A DNA stretch of 64,000 nt, taken from contig NIVC01000269.1 in NCBI GenBank assembly GCA_002269645.1, positions 496,001 to 560,000 of the forward strand. The letters run 5' to 3'. Shown here in pieces: positions 1 to 31,952 of this stretch. How positions within the stretch are numbered: the stretch's first letter is position 1; each line of letters opens with the position of its first letter. The notes under the pieces are model-generated. The model worked only from the letters and a program-made list of their open reading frames with translations. It did not search any database and was not told where the DNA came from. Position numbers and translations under genes: made by a program. The DNA is from Macrostomum lignano (taxonomy: Eukaryota).

Positions 1-65
1 AATCTGGGATCAGTGTCTATGACCGAATTTGGGATCAGTGTCTATCCCCGAATTTGGGATCAGTG
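1..65. repeat. Tail of a ~28-bp tandem repeat (GAATTTGGGATCAGTGTCTAT...)
   Basis: Three partial copies at the window edge. Confidence 0.6.
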
Positions 66-970
66 TCAATAACAATTTTGCTTATTTACATGTATCTTAC
101 ATGCACTGAAGAACACACTGCATGCGTACTGCTCTTGACTTTTTGACTGACACTTGAAACGCCACACTGGCAATAAATAATTTGCGTGCGTCTTTTACTG
201 TTTTGGCAGATGACAGATGATTAAGTGTGATAATTAAAATTTATGTTGCGAACGTTTTATTTTTGTGTTGGAAATTTTTCTTAAAATAGGAATGATGACA
301 CTGCAGGTTCTTTACTGCAGTCAGCTTTCCAAATAAGGAAGTCTTCATTGGCACAAAATGTTTATTTAAATCTTAGATATTTAGCTCGTAGAAGGATGTC
401 GTCATTTAGAAACTAAAAATTACTCGGGAAAACTTTGGAGCCGAAGAAAAACTGATATACAGACGCAGGGAAAATTTTAAGCTTATCGAATAACTCGAAT
501 TAAAGTGTACAAGTTTGATGCATTTTCAAAGCTGCATGTAAGCCTGTACGCTACAGCTACGCGTACAAAAATCATAGAAGTAAAGATTTTACATAAGTAG
601 TCTATTGCAATACATTTACTTTTTAAGTGTAGTTTAAGCTTACAAATCAAAATGATAAGTTTTGTAAGGCATTATATTGATGGTAATAAAGTTAAGTACA
701 TAAAAGGACATAACAATCAACCGACAATCGGCTTGCATTGCCATGTACCATGGCACGCAAAATTTGATTCTAAGGCAACTAATTACGCTTTTGTACGAGC
801 TGAATTATTGAAAAATCCTTGGTAGGATGACTTAGTATGGCATTACCTAGTCGCTAGATAGTTTAGGTAAACACTTGGAGTTCCCCACGGGGGGAGTCGA
901 GTGGCTAGTCTAAGCACTAAGTTCTGAGCCGCAACTATTAATCTGCAGCAGTACTTCCAGCCCTTGTAAT

Positions 971-3900
971 TCAACATTTAAACGCTCTGGAGGCGCTAAC
1001 ATTGCGTCCAGTGCCGAAGCGAGACACTGACCGGCCGACCGTGTCAGTTTCAAACTGCCTTGGCGGTCGAACAATCGGTAGCGTGCCCGTCTGCAGGTGA
1101 CGGTCGTCGCTGTACGCCAGGTGCGAATTCGGCGGCATCTCGGCGCCGTCTGGCGAACGCAACGGCTCGTAGCCGGCGTTGACACTGGCCGAGCAGAGGC
1201 AGCTGCTGCCGCTGCAGCTGCCGCGCATCTGCTGTTGCTGACGCTGATAGAACAGCATGTCGCAGTCTGCCGGGCTTAACGGCGGCGGCGGCGTCGGCTG
1301 TTGCTGATGCTGCAGCTGTTGCAACTCGTTCTGCCGAGAGGAGCTTCGATAAATTTCATTTTTAAAGTGCACGTCTACAGAATGTTGGTTGCTGTCAGAG
1401 TGGAAGGATACTGGGCGTTGGCCATTGCTAGGTGTGCTGCATGGCGGCATGGATGTGTAAAGAGCGTGAATGAATGCTAAGCGATCGAATAATTGCCTAT
1501 CAAAATACTTCCAGTATTAACAGTAATTACATGCTCTTGTAGATGCTCACCTGGTTACAGTCAATGGCTTCCTGCGACCAGTCACGCAAGCGATCGCGCT
1601 CAAGCCCGAGACCAGTAGTGCGAAGACCACTACAGCAGCGCATAGTGATACCGTCAAAACCAACGGATTGATTGCCTGTTTTTGACTGTCGCCCAGGCTG
1701 TCCGGAGTTGATCCAGCCACTGGGTGTAGGGGCTTCTCAGAGTCGGTCTTTGTTGGCTGTTTTTTCGGCTCCGTTACAGTCTTAGTTGATGCTGCGATTT
1801 TAGAATCCACTGTAGATTGAACGGGTGTCTTTGTGCTGATGTCGCATGGAGGCTGGGAATCTGTAGGAAATTAAGTTTCTTGCAGTTCATTTTAAAATAT
1901 ACAAATAATAGTTGCTGATGAACCTAGCAAGTACGAGTACAAGATTAAAGAACGTTGACGATGTTCCACTCTGAAGACTAAAAGCTACATGGGATGGTTC
2001 GGTGATGTTCCACTCTGAAGACTAAAGCTACATAGGATGGTTCGGTGATGTTCCACTCTGAAGACTAAAAGCTACATGGGATGGTTCGGTGATGTTCCAC
2101 TCTGAAGACTAAAGGCTACATGGGATGGTTCGGTGATGTTCCACTCTGAAGACTAAAGCTACATAGGATGGTTCGGTGATGTTCCACTCTAAAGACTAAA
2201 AGCTACATAGGATAGTTCGGTGATGTTCCACTCTGAAGACTAAAGCTACATAGGATGGTTCGGTGATGTTCCACTCTAAAGACTAAAGCTACATAGGATG
2301 GTTCGGTGATGTTCCACTCTGAAGACTAAAGCTACATAGGATGGTTCGGTGATGTTCCACTCTGAAGACTAAAGCTACATAGGATGGTTCGGTGATGTTC
2401 CACTCTGAAAGACTAAAAGCTACATGGGATGGTTCGGTGATGTTCCACTCTAAAGACTAAAGCTACATAGGATGGTTCGGTGATGTTCCACTCTGAAGAC
2501 TAAAGCTACATGGGATGGTTCGGTGATGTTCGACTCTGAAAGACTAAAGCTACATAGGATGGTTCGGTGATGTTCCACTCTAAAGACTAAAGCTACATGG
2601 GATGGTTCGGTGATGTTCCACTCTGAAGACTAAAGCTACATAGGATGGTTCGGTGATGTTCCACTCTGAAGACTAAAGCTACATAGGATGGTTCGGTGAT
2701 GTTCCACTCTGAAGACTGAAGCTACATGATGATTTGACGCTTGATGCGTTTGACCCCTTGAAGCTACAGGATTTACCTGTGCAGCTTCTACCTCATGGAC
2801 CTGTATTTGATTAATTTGCTCTCTCGACCAAACGCCACCCTGACTGACCTGTAATACGGCACATGAGTTGGCCATTGCTATCGCAGTACTGCCCAGTTGT
2901 CTCGGCTCGACAGTACGTACCACAGAATGGTCCGTAGTGATTTGGACGGCACTTGAGTCTAACGTTGAATGCGAAACTGAAACGGATTTTTTGCTCGAAC
3001 GTTAAGCATCTTAATTGCAGACTCTAAAATCTCAGGATTAGTGTTTAATCCTTTTTACCTCGACCATTTTGGTCCTTTAATGGCTTCGTCCGTTTTATCC
3101 CCAGCCAAAGCCAGCGGAACACGGGTTATTGTTTCGCGGAATGTTTTATCAACCTTTCGGCCGTCGCTTGAATAATAGTGAAGAGTCATTTTAACTGTGA
3201 TGTTGTACTGCGGAAGAAGTTACATTAGAAACGGCGATAGTTGATTATTTCATATGGAGAATATCAACAAAAAAGCATATTAAAAATCATCTTACCGGAT
3301 AGCTGGTCAAGTTGAATTTTACCGGATTCCTATAGCCCGGTTCGTTGCGCTGCTCAAAGTTGAGCTCCTCGCGGTAGACTTGCTTGCCAAACAGTTCGTA
3401 GCCCACGGGCACTCTGCAATGTTACGGGTTTTTAGGTGGAAGCCTTCTTGATCAGATTCAACAAATCAATTTTGTTAATAAGGTTAGATTCCACTGTTCA
3501 GATGGTGAGATTCACTGTTCAGCGGGTGAGATTCACTGTTTAAATGGTGAGACTCACTGTTCACCGGGTGAGATTCACTGTTTAAATGGTGAGACTCACT
3601 GTTCAGCGGGTGAGGTTCACTGTTTAGATGGAGAGATTCACTGTTCAGATTGTGAGATTCACTGTTCAGATTATGAGATTCACTGTTTAGATGGTTAGAT
3701 TCACTGTTTAAATGGTGAGACTCACTGTTCAGCGGGTGAGATTCACTGTTTAAATGGTGAGACTCACTGTTCAGCGGGTGAGATTCACTGTTTAAATGGT
3801 GAGACTCACTGTTCAGCGGGTGAGATTCACTGTTTAAATGGTGAGACTCACTGTTCAGCGGGTGAGATTCACTGTTTAAATGGTGAGACTCACTGTTCAG

Positions 3901-4980
3901 CGGGTGAGATTCACTGTTTAAATGGTGAGACTCACTGTTCAGCGGGTGAGATTCACTGTTTAGATGGAGAGATTCACTGTTCAGATTGTGAGGTTCACTG
4001 TTTAGATGGAGAGATTCACTGTTCAGATTGTGAGATTCACTGTTTAGATTGTGAGATTCACTGTTTATATGGTGAGATTCACTGTTTATATGGTGAGATT
4101 CACTGTTTATATGGTGAGATTCACTGTTTATATGGTGAGATTCACTGTTCAAATTGTGAGATTCACTGTTTATATGGTGAGATTCACTGTTCAGATGGTG
4201 AAGCTCGCTGTTCAGATGGTGAGGCTCACTGTTCAGATGGGTGATATTCACAATCCTAGTCTGTGAGAGACACTCACCCATCGGCAGCAGCCTCCACCTG
4301 CAGCCGGTAGCCGCACATGCTCATGCTGATGTTGCCGCCCTGTGAGCCGCACCTGTAGTAGTTGCTATCCGAACCGGCCGAGTAAGACTTCAAGGTCAGC
4401 AGCAGCTGCAGTGGGTACTACAGTTAAAGATTAGGACATCGTTAGCGATTAGTAGAGAGATGAGTATACTGATATTTCTTAAATTATGTTCTGCAACAAT
4501 TATGGAGCCTGTCGGCAATTAGAGCGGCAATTAGAATGGCAATTAGGGTCATTATAAGGCTGATAATTAGGGTGGCAATTAGGGTGACAATTAGGGTGAT
4601 AATTAGGGTGGCAATTAGGGTTGAAATTAGGGTGGCAGCTAGGGTGACAAATTAGGGTGACAAATTGATAATTAGGGTGATAATTAGGGTGATAATTAGG
4701 GGGACAATTAGGGTGGCAACTAGGGTGACTAATAGCGTGGAAATTAGGGTGACAATTAGGGCGATAATTAGATAAACAATTAGGGGTGTCAATCGGTTAG
4801 TCAATTTTTTAAACAAATCGCTGTGTCTCCCGATAAAGAAAAGGGTATATTTATAAGTAAAAAAGCCTTTATCAACTCTTCATCAACATTTACCTCTTCT
4901 CTAACCATCGCAGAGGCCAGATGCAGCACAGAGGCTGCTATGCCAAGACTTCTCAGAACCAATCCAGCTTCCAAACGCAT
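971..4980 (-). CDS. Delta-like Notch ligand (signal peptide, MNNL/C2-like domain, DSL domain, S/T/P stalk, TM, cytoplasmic tail; no EGF repeats), ~481 aa; complement(join(971..1496,1551..1860,2849..2976,3059..3207,3296..3413,4278..4405,4894..4980))
   Basis: Seven GT-AG exons with matching phases total 1446 nt. The spliced protein has an N-terminal hydrophobic stretch (LVLRSLGIAASVLHLASA), the MNNL-like segment NPVKFNLTSYPYNITVKMTL, DSL cysteine spacing C-x8-C-x3-C-x8-C-x7-C-x8-C (CRPNHYGPFCGTYCRAETTGQYCDSNGQLMCRITDSQPPC) and a TM helix LVLTVSLCAAVVVFALLVSGLSAIACV followed by RRK. Confidence 0.82.
1960..2729. repeat. 43-bp minisatellite, ~18 copies, Delta-like intron 5
   Basis: Unit GATGTTCCACTCTGAAGACTAAAGCTACATAGGATGGTTCGGT with 1-nt indel variants. 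Confidence 0.95.
3491..4240. repeat. 21-bp minisatellite with 42-bp higher-order units, Delta-like intron 2
   Basis: Unit GGTGAGATTCACTGTTTAAAT / GGTGAGACTCACTGTTCAGCG. Confidence 0.95.
4514..4790. repeat. ~12-bp TTAGGG-containing degenerate array, Delta-like intron 1
   Basis: Unit AATTAGGGTGRC/AT. Confidence 0.85.
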
Positions 4981-5669
4981 GCTGTTAAGTCAATATTTTG
5001 ATATATCTTACTCCGAAGTATTAGAAAATCTTTACTGATTCAAGTTAGGACTACACAGTCAGGTAAGAATCTAGATTAGCATTCGGTTTTATACCCGTGT
5101 TACACGACAGTATTTCAAGTTTCGCAGTTAGCAATCTTGCCAGATGACAGCAGTTTAAGCTTTACATAGTAGATAAACAAAAGCATTTATAATAAGTCGC
5201 GCGTAGTTTCAAAAGATTTAGCTTAAAGCTTCTTGTATTTAGTCAACGTTATCTTGTTGCTGAGAGGGCTACAGAGGGGGGCTATAATGTAATATAATGA
5301 CTGCTTTTGTGTAAACAAGGCAAGAGGCTTGCATTGCGTCATTTCCGAACCCGAAACTCTTCGAATTTATTAATTCGACGCTTTTATCTGGGTTTATTAA
5401 TCTTCTTCTCTGCTTGCTCTTCTTGTACACTTGCGACTTAACGCTTGTCTTACTTACATGTACGAGCATTGCTGCATAATACGTATTTCTGCTTTCTAAA
5501 GACAGTAAAGTCAATATTTTTCTCAGCTGATGGACAAGTGTCTGCTTTCAATCTATTATTGTTGGCTCCTTATCAGGTTGAAGAGAAAATCTTGAGCAAA
5601 CTAGTAGAGAATAGATACGCTCTCGTGTCAGAGAGAAGAGATCAGCTTAGCTGAGAGTGTATGATTAGA

Positions 5670-7080
5670 GAGAAAAAATCGGAGAGAATAGATCGGAGAG
5701 ATTAGATCAAAGAAAGAAAAGATTAGAGAGACTAGATCAAAGAAAGAAAAGATCGAAGAGATTAGATCAAAGACAGAATAGATCAGAGAGAATAGATCAG
5801 AGAGACTAGATCAAAGACAGAATAGATCAGAGAGAATAGATCGGAGAGATTATATCAAAGACAGAATAGATCAGAGAGACTAGATCAAAGACAGAATAGA
5901 TCAGAGAGACTAGATCAAAGACAGAATAGATCAGAGAAAATAGATCGAAGAGATTAGATCAAAGACAGAATAGATCAGAGAGACTAGATCAAAGACAGAA
6001 TATATCAGAGAGACTAGATCAAAGACAGAATAGATCAGAGAGACTAGATCAAAGACAGAATAGATCAGAGAGACTAGATCAAAGACAGAATAGATCAGAG
6101 AGAATAGATCGGAGAGATTAGATCAAAGACAGAATAGATCAGAGAGACTAGATCAAAGACAGAATAGATCAGAGAGAATAGATCGGAGAGATTAGATCAA
6201 AGACAGAATAGATCAGAGAGACTAGATCAAAGACAGAATAGATCAGAGAGAATAGATCGGAGAGAGTAGATCAAAGACAGAATAGATCGGAGAGATTAGA
6301 TCAAAGACAGAATAGATCAGAGAGATTAGATCAAAGACAAAATAGATCAGAGAGACTAGATCAAAGACAGAATAGATCAGAGAGAATAGATCGGAGAGAT
6401 TAGATCAAAGACAGAATCAATCAAAGAGACTAGATCAAAGACAGAATAGATCAGAGCGACTAGATCAAAGACAGAATAGATCAGAGAGAATAGATCAGAG
6501 AGATTAGATCAAAGACAGAATAAATCAGAGAGACTAGATCAAAGACAGAATAGATCAGAGAGAATAGATCGGAGAGATTAGATCAAAGACAGAATAGATC
6601 AGAGAGACTAGATCAAAGACAGAATAGATCAGAGAGAATAGATCGGAGAGATTAGATCAAAGACAGAATAGATCAGAGAGACTAGATCAAAGACAGAATA
6701 GATCAAAGAGAATAGATCGGAGAGACTAGATCAAAGACAGAATAGATCAAAGAGAATAGATCGGAGAGACTAGATAGATCAAAGACAGAATAGATCGGAG
6801 ATATTAGATCAAGGACGAAATAGATTTGAGAGACTAGATAGATCAAAGACAGAATAGATCGGAGATATTAGATCAAGGACGAAATAGATTTGAGAGACTA
6901 GATAGATCAAAGACAGAATAGATCGGAGATATTAGATCAAGGACGAAATAGATTTGAGAGACTAGATAGATCAAAGACAGAATAGATCGGAGATATTAGA
7001 TCAAGGACGGAATAGATCGGAGATTAGATCAAGGACGGAATAGATCGGAGACTCGGTCGAAGAATAGATCGGAGATAGAT
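5670..7080. repeat. A/G-rich ~30-bp minisatellite between the Delta-like and RREB1-A genes
   Basis: Unit TAGATCAAAGACAGAATAGATCAGAGAGAC with 14-16-bp subunits. Confidence 0.95.
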
Positions 7081-7932
7081 ATGAGAATGCGACATAGATT
7101 TGTGAAAAAAACAGACAACTAGACAATAAATTTTCAGATATGAATTAGTAAAACAGATATTGCACAGACCGCGCAGCTACTGTAATTCAGTAGGCTATTT
7201 AAACACAATTGGAGAGTTGCCAAATTTATTATAGCATTAATAACTACTAACTACTAGCTACAATTGTTATCATTATTAGTATCTGCATCTGGACACGGGT
7301 TACAGCCAGGGTACGCAAAGTAACAAAGGTGCAAGCTTACACAAGAGGAAAAACTTAAATAACAAAATTTATATAACAATGTTTTTAATTATTGTTTGTT
7401 TTAACTTTTTTAGGGGATATTTTTATCATGTTTAAACACAACACATAAAAACCACTTAAGAGCAAATTAACGTGGCCCAAAATCACCTAACATACGATAT
7501 GTGATTATTAAATATTTGTATAATTCAAGTGAGCGCAAAGAAAGAAACCAGCACCTGAATCAAGTACTACTGATATGGCGGAGGTGAGTAAGTAGTATAA
7601 TAAAAAATGTAATCAAACTCAAAATAATTGAACTTTAAACATAGATTTAGTTGGAAGAGCAGTATAGCAAAAACCTGGAAGATTGATTATTAATATGGAA
7701 AGCAATATTTTTGGAACTGGAAGATGCTGAAACTTTACTGAAAGAAAAAATTACCAGTTAATAGTTAATATATAATGTGGAAACAAAAATCAACTGGCAA
7801 TAAAACCGAGACTAACTACACTACTGATAAAATAACTGACCAAAGTAGAGTATAACGTAAAAAACGCGATTTTCAAAGCAAAATAATAAAATTGTTCACG
7901 GAATGGGTTTTTTGGAAGCAGTTGATCAAGTT

Positions 7933-27490
<19,558 letters not shown>

Positions 27491-28154
27491 CACTTGAATG
27501 AAGATAATATGGGATTACAGACAATTAGCAATTACGTAATATTATTCATAGAGAAATAATGGCATGCACAGAAGAGCTGTCACCTTTTCCAAACTTCTCT
27601 ATTGCTTCTTTCAATTGTATAAAATTGCTTTTGCCAAAGCAGTCAGACGATTCGAATGCAGTTAGCTAATTAGCAGGGGCCAGGCCTGAGGCCGCGGGTT
27701 TTTATCAGGTGCCGTGGCGGTGAGAGCTTCGCGCGCACTTGGCAAGATATTTTATACTTCTCTCCTGCGCGCCTGCTTACTGACTTCGGGATGAATTGGT
27801 ATTGGCTGCTAACAAGACGGCTTCCCTTCCTTTTCCTCACTCTCCCGCCTCTCTGCCCCTCCTCTGCAGCTCAGCTTGCTCACCGCCATTGAGAACCCGC
27901 CTCACTGTCCTCACAGAGTTGGGAGAAGGTTGGAAACACGCGCGCCGCCCCCAGGACACACGGCTGCTTCTTCTGCTCAGAAGAGCTCGAGAGACAATGG
28001 CAAGTCTGATTAGATGGGTCTAGAGGTCTAGAGGTCTAGTGAAGGAAGTTCTTTTGGGAAGGAAAAATTCCCAAAGGAATCTCCGCACTGGAGTGGGGGA
28101 GATTTGCAAGTCATCAGTGCTCACGCTTCTATGATCAGTCGCTTTTGGTGTTCC

Positions 28155-28575
28155 TAGATCTCTCACTGCATCTCTACCTCTCACCCTTAGATCTCTCACT
28201 GCATCTCTACCTCTCACCCTTAGATCTCTCACTGCATCTCTACCTCTCACCCTTAGATCTCTCACTGCATCTCTACCTCTCACCCTTAGATCTCTCACTG
28301 CATCTCTACCTCTCACCCTTAGATCTCTCACTGCATCTCTACCTCTCACCCTTAGATCTCGCACTGCATCTCTACCTCTCACCCTTAGATCTCTCACTGC
28401 ATCTCTACCTCTCACCCTTAGATCTCTCACTGCATCTCTACCTCTCACCCTTAGATCTCTCACTGCATCTCTACCTCTCACCCTTAGATCTCTCACTGCA
28501 TCTCTACCTCTCACCCTTAGATCTCGCACTGCATATCTCTCTCACCCTTAGATCTCTCTCTGCATCTCTACCTCT
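28155..28575. repeat. 33-bp minisatellite, ~12 copies
   Basis: Unit TAGATCTCTCACTGCATCTCTACCTCTCACCCT. Confidence 0.95.
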
Positions 28576-28947
28576 CAATCGCCACAATTTATCAATTACA
28601 CCTCAAAAACAAAGTCGCATATTATAATAGTAATAATAATTAATACAAGTCAAATCTTTGCAAAAGTGAGGTTAGCACACAAAAATATTCTATTTAACAA
28701 TTTGCAGTGTAATAAAACTCGTGTCTTATCACATGCATGGCAGTGCACACAATATTGCATTATCAGTACTGCACCTCCAGCTTGGAATGTCTTCTTTTGC
28801 ATCTAATTGATAATAATTATAACCTGCTGCATGCTGTGAAAGATAGGCCCCTCTTCTCCTCTTACGTGTAGCTCTCTGTAGAGCTGCTTTACTGATCACT
28901 ATGCAACCCAGCACTCAGTCTCTAAAGGATGGGGCGAAATTTCATCT

Positions 28948-29027
28948 GGGCGCCAGCACCAGGGGCGCCAGCACCAGGGGCGCCAGCACCAGGGGCGCCA
29001 GCACCAGGGGCGCCAGCACCAGGGGCG
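28948..29027. repeat. Short GGCGCCAGCACCAGG-type array (5 copies)
   Basis: Same family as 59375-59962 and 62158-62729. Confidence 0.9.
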
Positions 29028-29694
29028 CCATTTTCTCCGGTCCCTGTTCCACCCCACACTTACTGCACAAAGTATCATGTACAAGAAGTGTACATCTGTT
29101 ATGATGTAAATATGCCACTTACCAAATAAAAAAATGGATGGCTAGAACGAACAGGAGATGGACACAGCTCGATACTGGTTTATAAGTATATGCTGTGTGC
29201 AGCCAAGATGAGACAACGAGGCAGTTTAAAAGAGTATCAGTTTTATATGCTGCTTTCTCAGGCGGCTGTCTCCAGGCTCAGGAGCACACGTGAATGCAGA
29301 CATTATTGGGTCAAGCCAACTAATAATAATTCAAATACGCAGCCGCAGGCCCAGCAGTCTCCATCGCATCTCACTCGCCTCACCGGCCTCCTCCTTCTCC
29401 CTCACTCTCTCCCTTCTTTTTTTGCGTCGATAAACCAGCAAAAAAGCGTTGAATTCAATACTGTAATGAGATATAATTATATCATGATGAGATACAGCCG
29501 GTATTTCTGAAGCAATCTGCGCAGGAGTCCCTTCGGAGCAGCTGGTAGATGCTTCTCCGGAATGCTCGAGTTCATAATATTTAGCTAGCCATAATAATGG
29601 TGATATATAGATATACATATTCGCACTAGCTTGAATATCATCTACTTCTGCATCCTGCTCTGTATTGCACTGCATGTATCTTTAATGAGTGATC

Positions 29695-31318
29695 TGTTCT
29701 CATCTATTCATCTCTTCATCTCACCCATCTCCCTCCTTTCATCTCCCTCCCCTCATCTCACCCATCTCCCTCTCCCTTCATCTCACCCAGCTCCCTCTCC
29801 CTTCATCTCACCCAGCTCCCTCTCCCTTTCATCTCACCCAGCTCCCTCTCCCTTTCATCTCACCCAGCTCCCTCTCCCTTTCATCTCACCCATCTCCCTC
29901 TCCTTCATCTCACCCATCTCCCTCTCCCTTCATCTCACTCATCTCCCTCTCCCTTCAACTCACCATCTCCCTCTCCTTCATCTCACCCATCTTTCTATCC
30001 CTTCATCTCACCCATCTCCTTCTCCCTTCACCTCACCCATCTCCCTCTCCTTTCATCTCACTCATCTCCCTCTCCCTTCATCTCACTCATCTCCCTCTCC
30101 CTTCAACTCACCATCTCCCTCTCCCTTTCATCTCACCCAGCTCCCTCTCCCTTTCATCTCACCCAGCTCCCTCTCCCTTTCATCTCACCCATCTCCCTCT
30201 CCTTCATCTCACCCATCTTTCTATCCCTTCATCTCACCCATCTCCCTCCTTTCATCTCCCTCCCCTCATCTCACCCAGCTCCCTCTCCCTTCATCTCACC
30301 CAGCTCCCTCTCCCTTTCATCTCACCCAGCTCCCTCTCCCTTTCATCTCACCCAGCTCCCTCTCCCTTCATCTCACTCATCTCCCTCTCCCTTCAACTCA
30401 CCATCTCCCTCTCCTTCATCTCACCCATCTTTCTATCCCTTTCATCTCACCCAGCTCCCTCTCTTTCATCTCACCCATCTTTCTATCCCTTCATCTCACC
30501 CATCTCCTTCTCCCTTTACCTCACCCATCTCCCTCTCCTTTCATCTCACCCATCTCCCTCTCCCTTCATCTCACCCATCTTTCTATCCCTTCATCTCACC
30601 CATCTTTCTATCCCTTCATCTCACCCATCTCCTTCTCTCTTCACCTCACCCATCTCCCTCTCCTTTCATCTCACCCATCTCCCTCTCCCTTCATCTCACC
30701 CATCTTCCTCTCCCTTCATCTCACCCATCTCCCTCTCCCTTCAACTCACCATCTCCCTCTTCCTTCATCTCACCCAGCTCCCTCTCCCTTTCATCTCACC
30801 CATCTCCCTCCCCTTCATCTCACCCATCTTGCTATCCCTTCATCTCACCCATCTCCTTCTCCCTTCACCTCACCCATCTCCCTCTCCTTTCATCTCACCC
30901 ATCTCCCTCTCCCTTCATCTCACCCATCTTCCTCTCCCTTCATCTCACCCATCTCCCTTCCCCTTCATATCACCATCTCCCTTCCCCATTATATCACCAT
31001 CTCTCTTCCCCTTCGCCTCACCCATCTCCCTCTTCTTTCATCTCCCCATCTCCCTCTCCCTTCATCTCACCCATCTCCCTCTCCTTTCATCTCACCCATC
31101 TCCCTCTCCCTTCATCCCATCCATCTTCCTATCCCTTCATCTTATCCCTCTTCCTATCCCTTCATCTCACCCATCTCATTTCTCCTTCATCTCACCAATT
31201 TCCCTCTCTTCATCTCAAACATCTCCCTATATCTGCATCTCCCTTTCCCTCATCTCACCAATTTCTACCCCTTCATCTCACTAACCTCTCTTTCTCTTCA
31301 TCTCACCCATCTCACCAG
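29695..31318. repeat. CT-rich ~25-bp degenerate array (CATCTCACCCATCTCCCTCTCCCTT)
   Basis: Visible tandem periodicity over 1.6 kb. Confidence 0.93.
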
Positions 31319-31841
31319 CCTTTTGTCTGGAGACCTGTTGAAGAAGGCTGCCAGGGGTTGTTTTGTTCTATACTTTATTGCCATTCCAGTGACGTCATGC
31401 TTTGCCAGTATTTTTAAAACCGAGCTGTATGCTACTTATAGTAGAATAATATGCTAATGTAATAATAATAATAGTTGATTTCACCTGCCCTAATGGGCAG
31501 ATGTGCAACCGACAGCTCAGCCGCAGCTATTGCGCGCGCATCTGAAGGCTGTTCAGTCCAAGAACTGGGGGACCTCGATTACTCCAGCTAATGCTGGCAC
31601 ACCCATACATGTATTTTACAGCTGGGTGAACTGAAGCAATGCAGAGTTAAGTGTCTTGCTCAAGTGCACAAATTGTTCCAGTGAGATCAAGCAATGTACA
31701 TGCACTAAAATATTTTTTAAACCTACAATTTACAATCTAAAGGGACTGATATTCAGTTCCGGTACTCGCAGGGAAGTTATTGGCACGCTCGAACCCTAGA
31801 CCAATTGGTAAAAATTAAGAAGATCGTCCGGCTTAAGTAGT

Positions 31842-31952
31842 GTCACGTGACTTATTTGTGAACAAAAACGGACTAACAGCCAATGGGTGACGTCACGGGC
31901 TGCGATTGGTTCATAAAATGGGGTGGGTGTCAAAAGCGGGAGATCACGTGAC
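31842..31952. promoter_or_regulatory. Dense cis-motif cluster: GTCACGTGAC, CCAAT, TGACGTCA, ATTGG, TCACGTGAC
   Basis: Motifs at 31842-31851, 31880-31884, 31888-31895, 31905-31909 and 31944-31952 in non-repetitive intergenic DNA between the AHI1 3' end and the RREB1-A 5' end. Function is not demonstrated. Confidence 0.4.

Noticed and set aside
868-909. Helitron-like 3' end (CCCCACGGGG hairpin followed by CTAG)
   Set aside because: The stem is short, no 5' TC end was identifiable, and it lies just past the Delta-like stop codon; chance is likely.
1451-1476. Alternative acceptor (cttag|cattc) for the last Delta-like exon
   Set aside because: It gives a stop after ~16 codons, whereas the acceptor at 1496 opens the long frame; it cannot be excluded as a minor isoform but has no support.
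3484-4281. 265-aa His-rich ORF (NSESHHL)n
   Set aside because: It is a translation of the 21-bp intronic repeat, in a different frame from the adjacent Delta-like exon, whose own frame stops at once on intron retention.
29631-31457. 608- and 531-aa ORFs
   Set aside because: Stop-free CT-rich repeat with no domain content.
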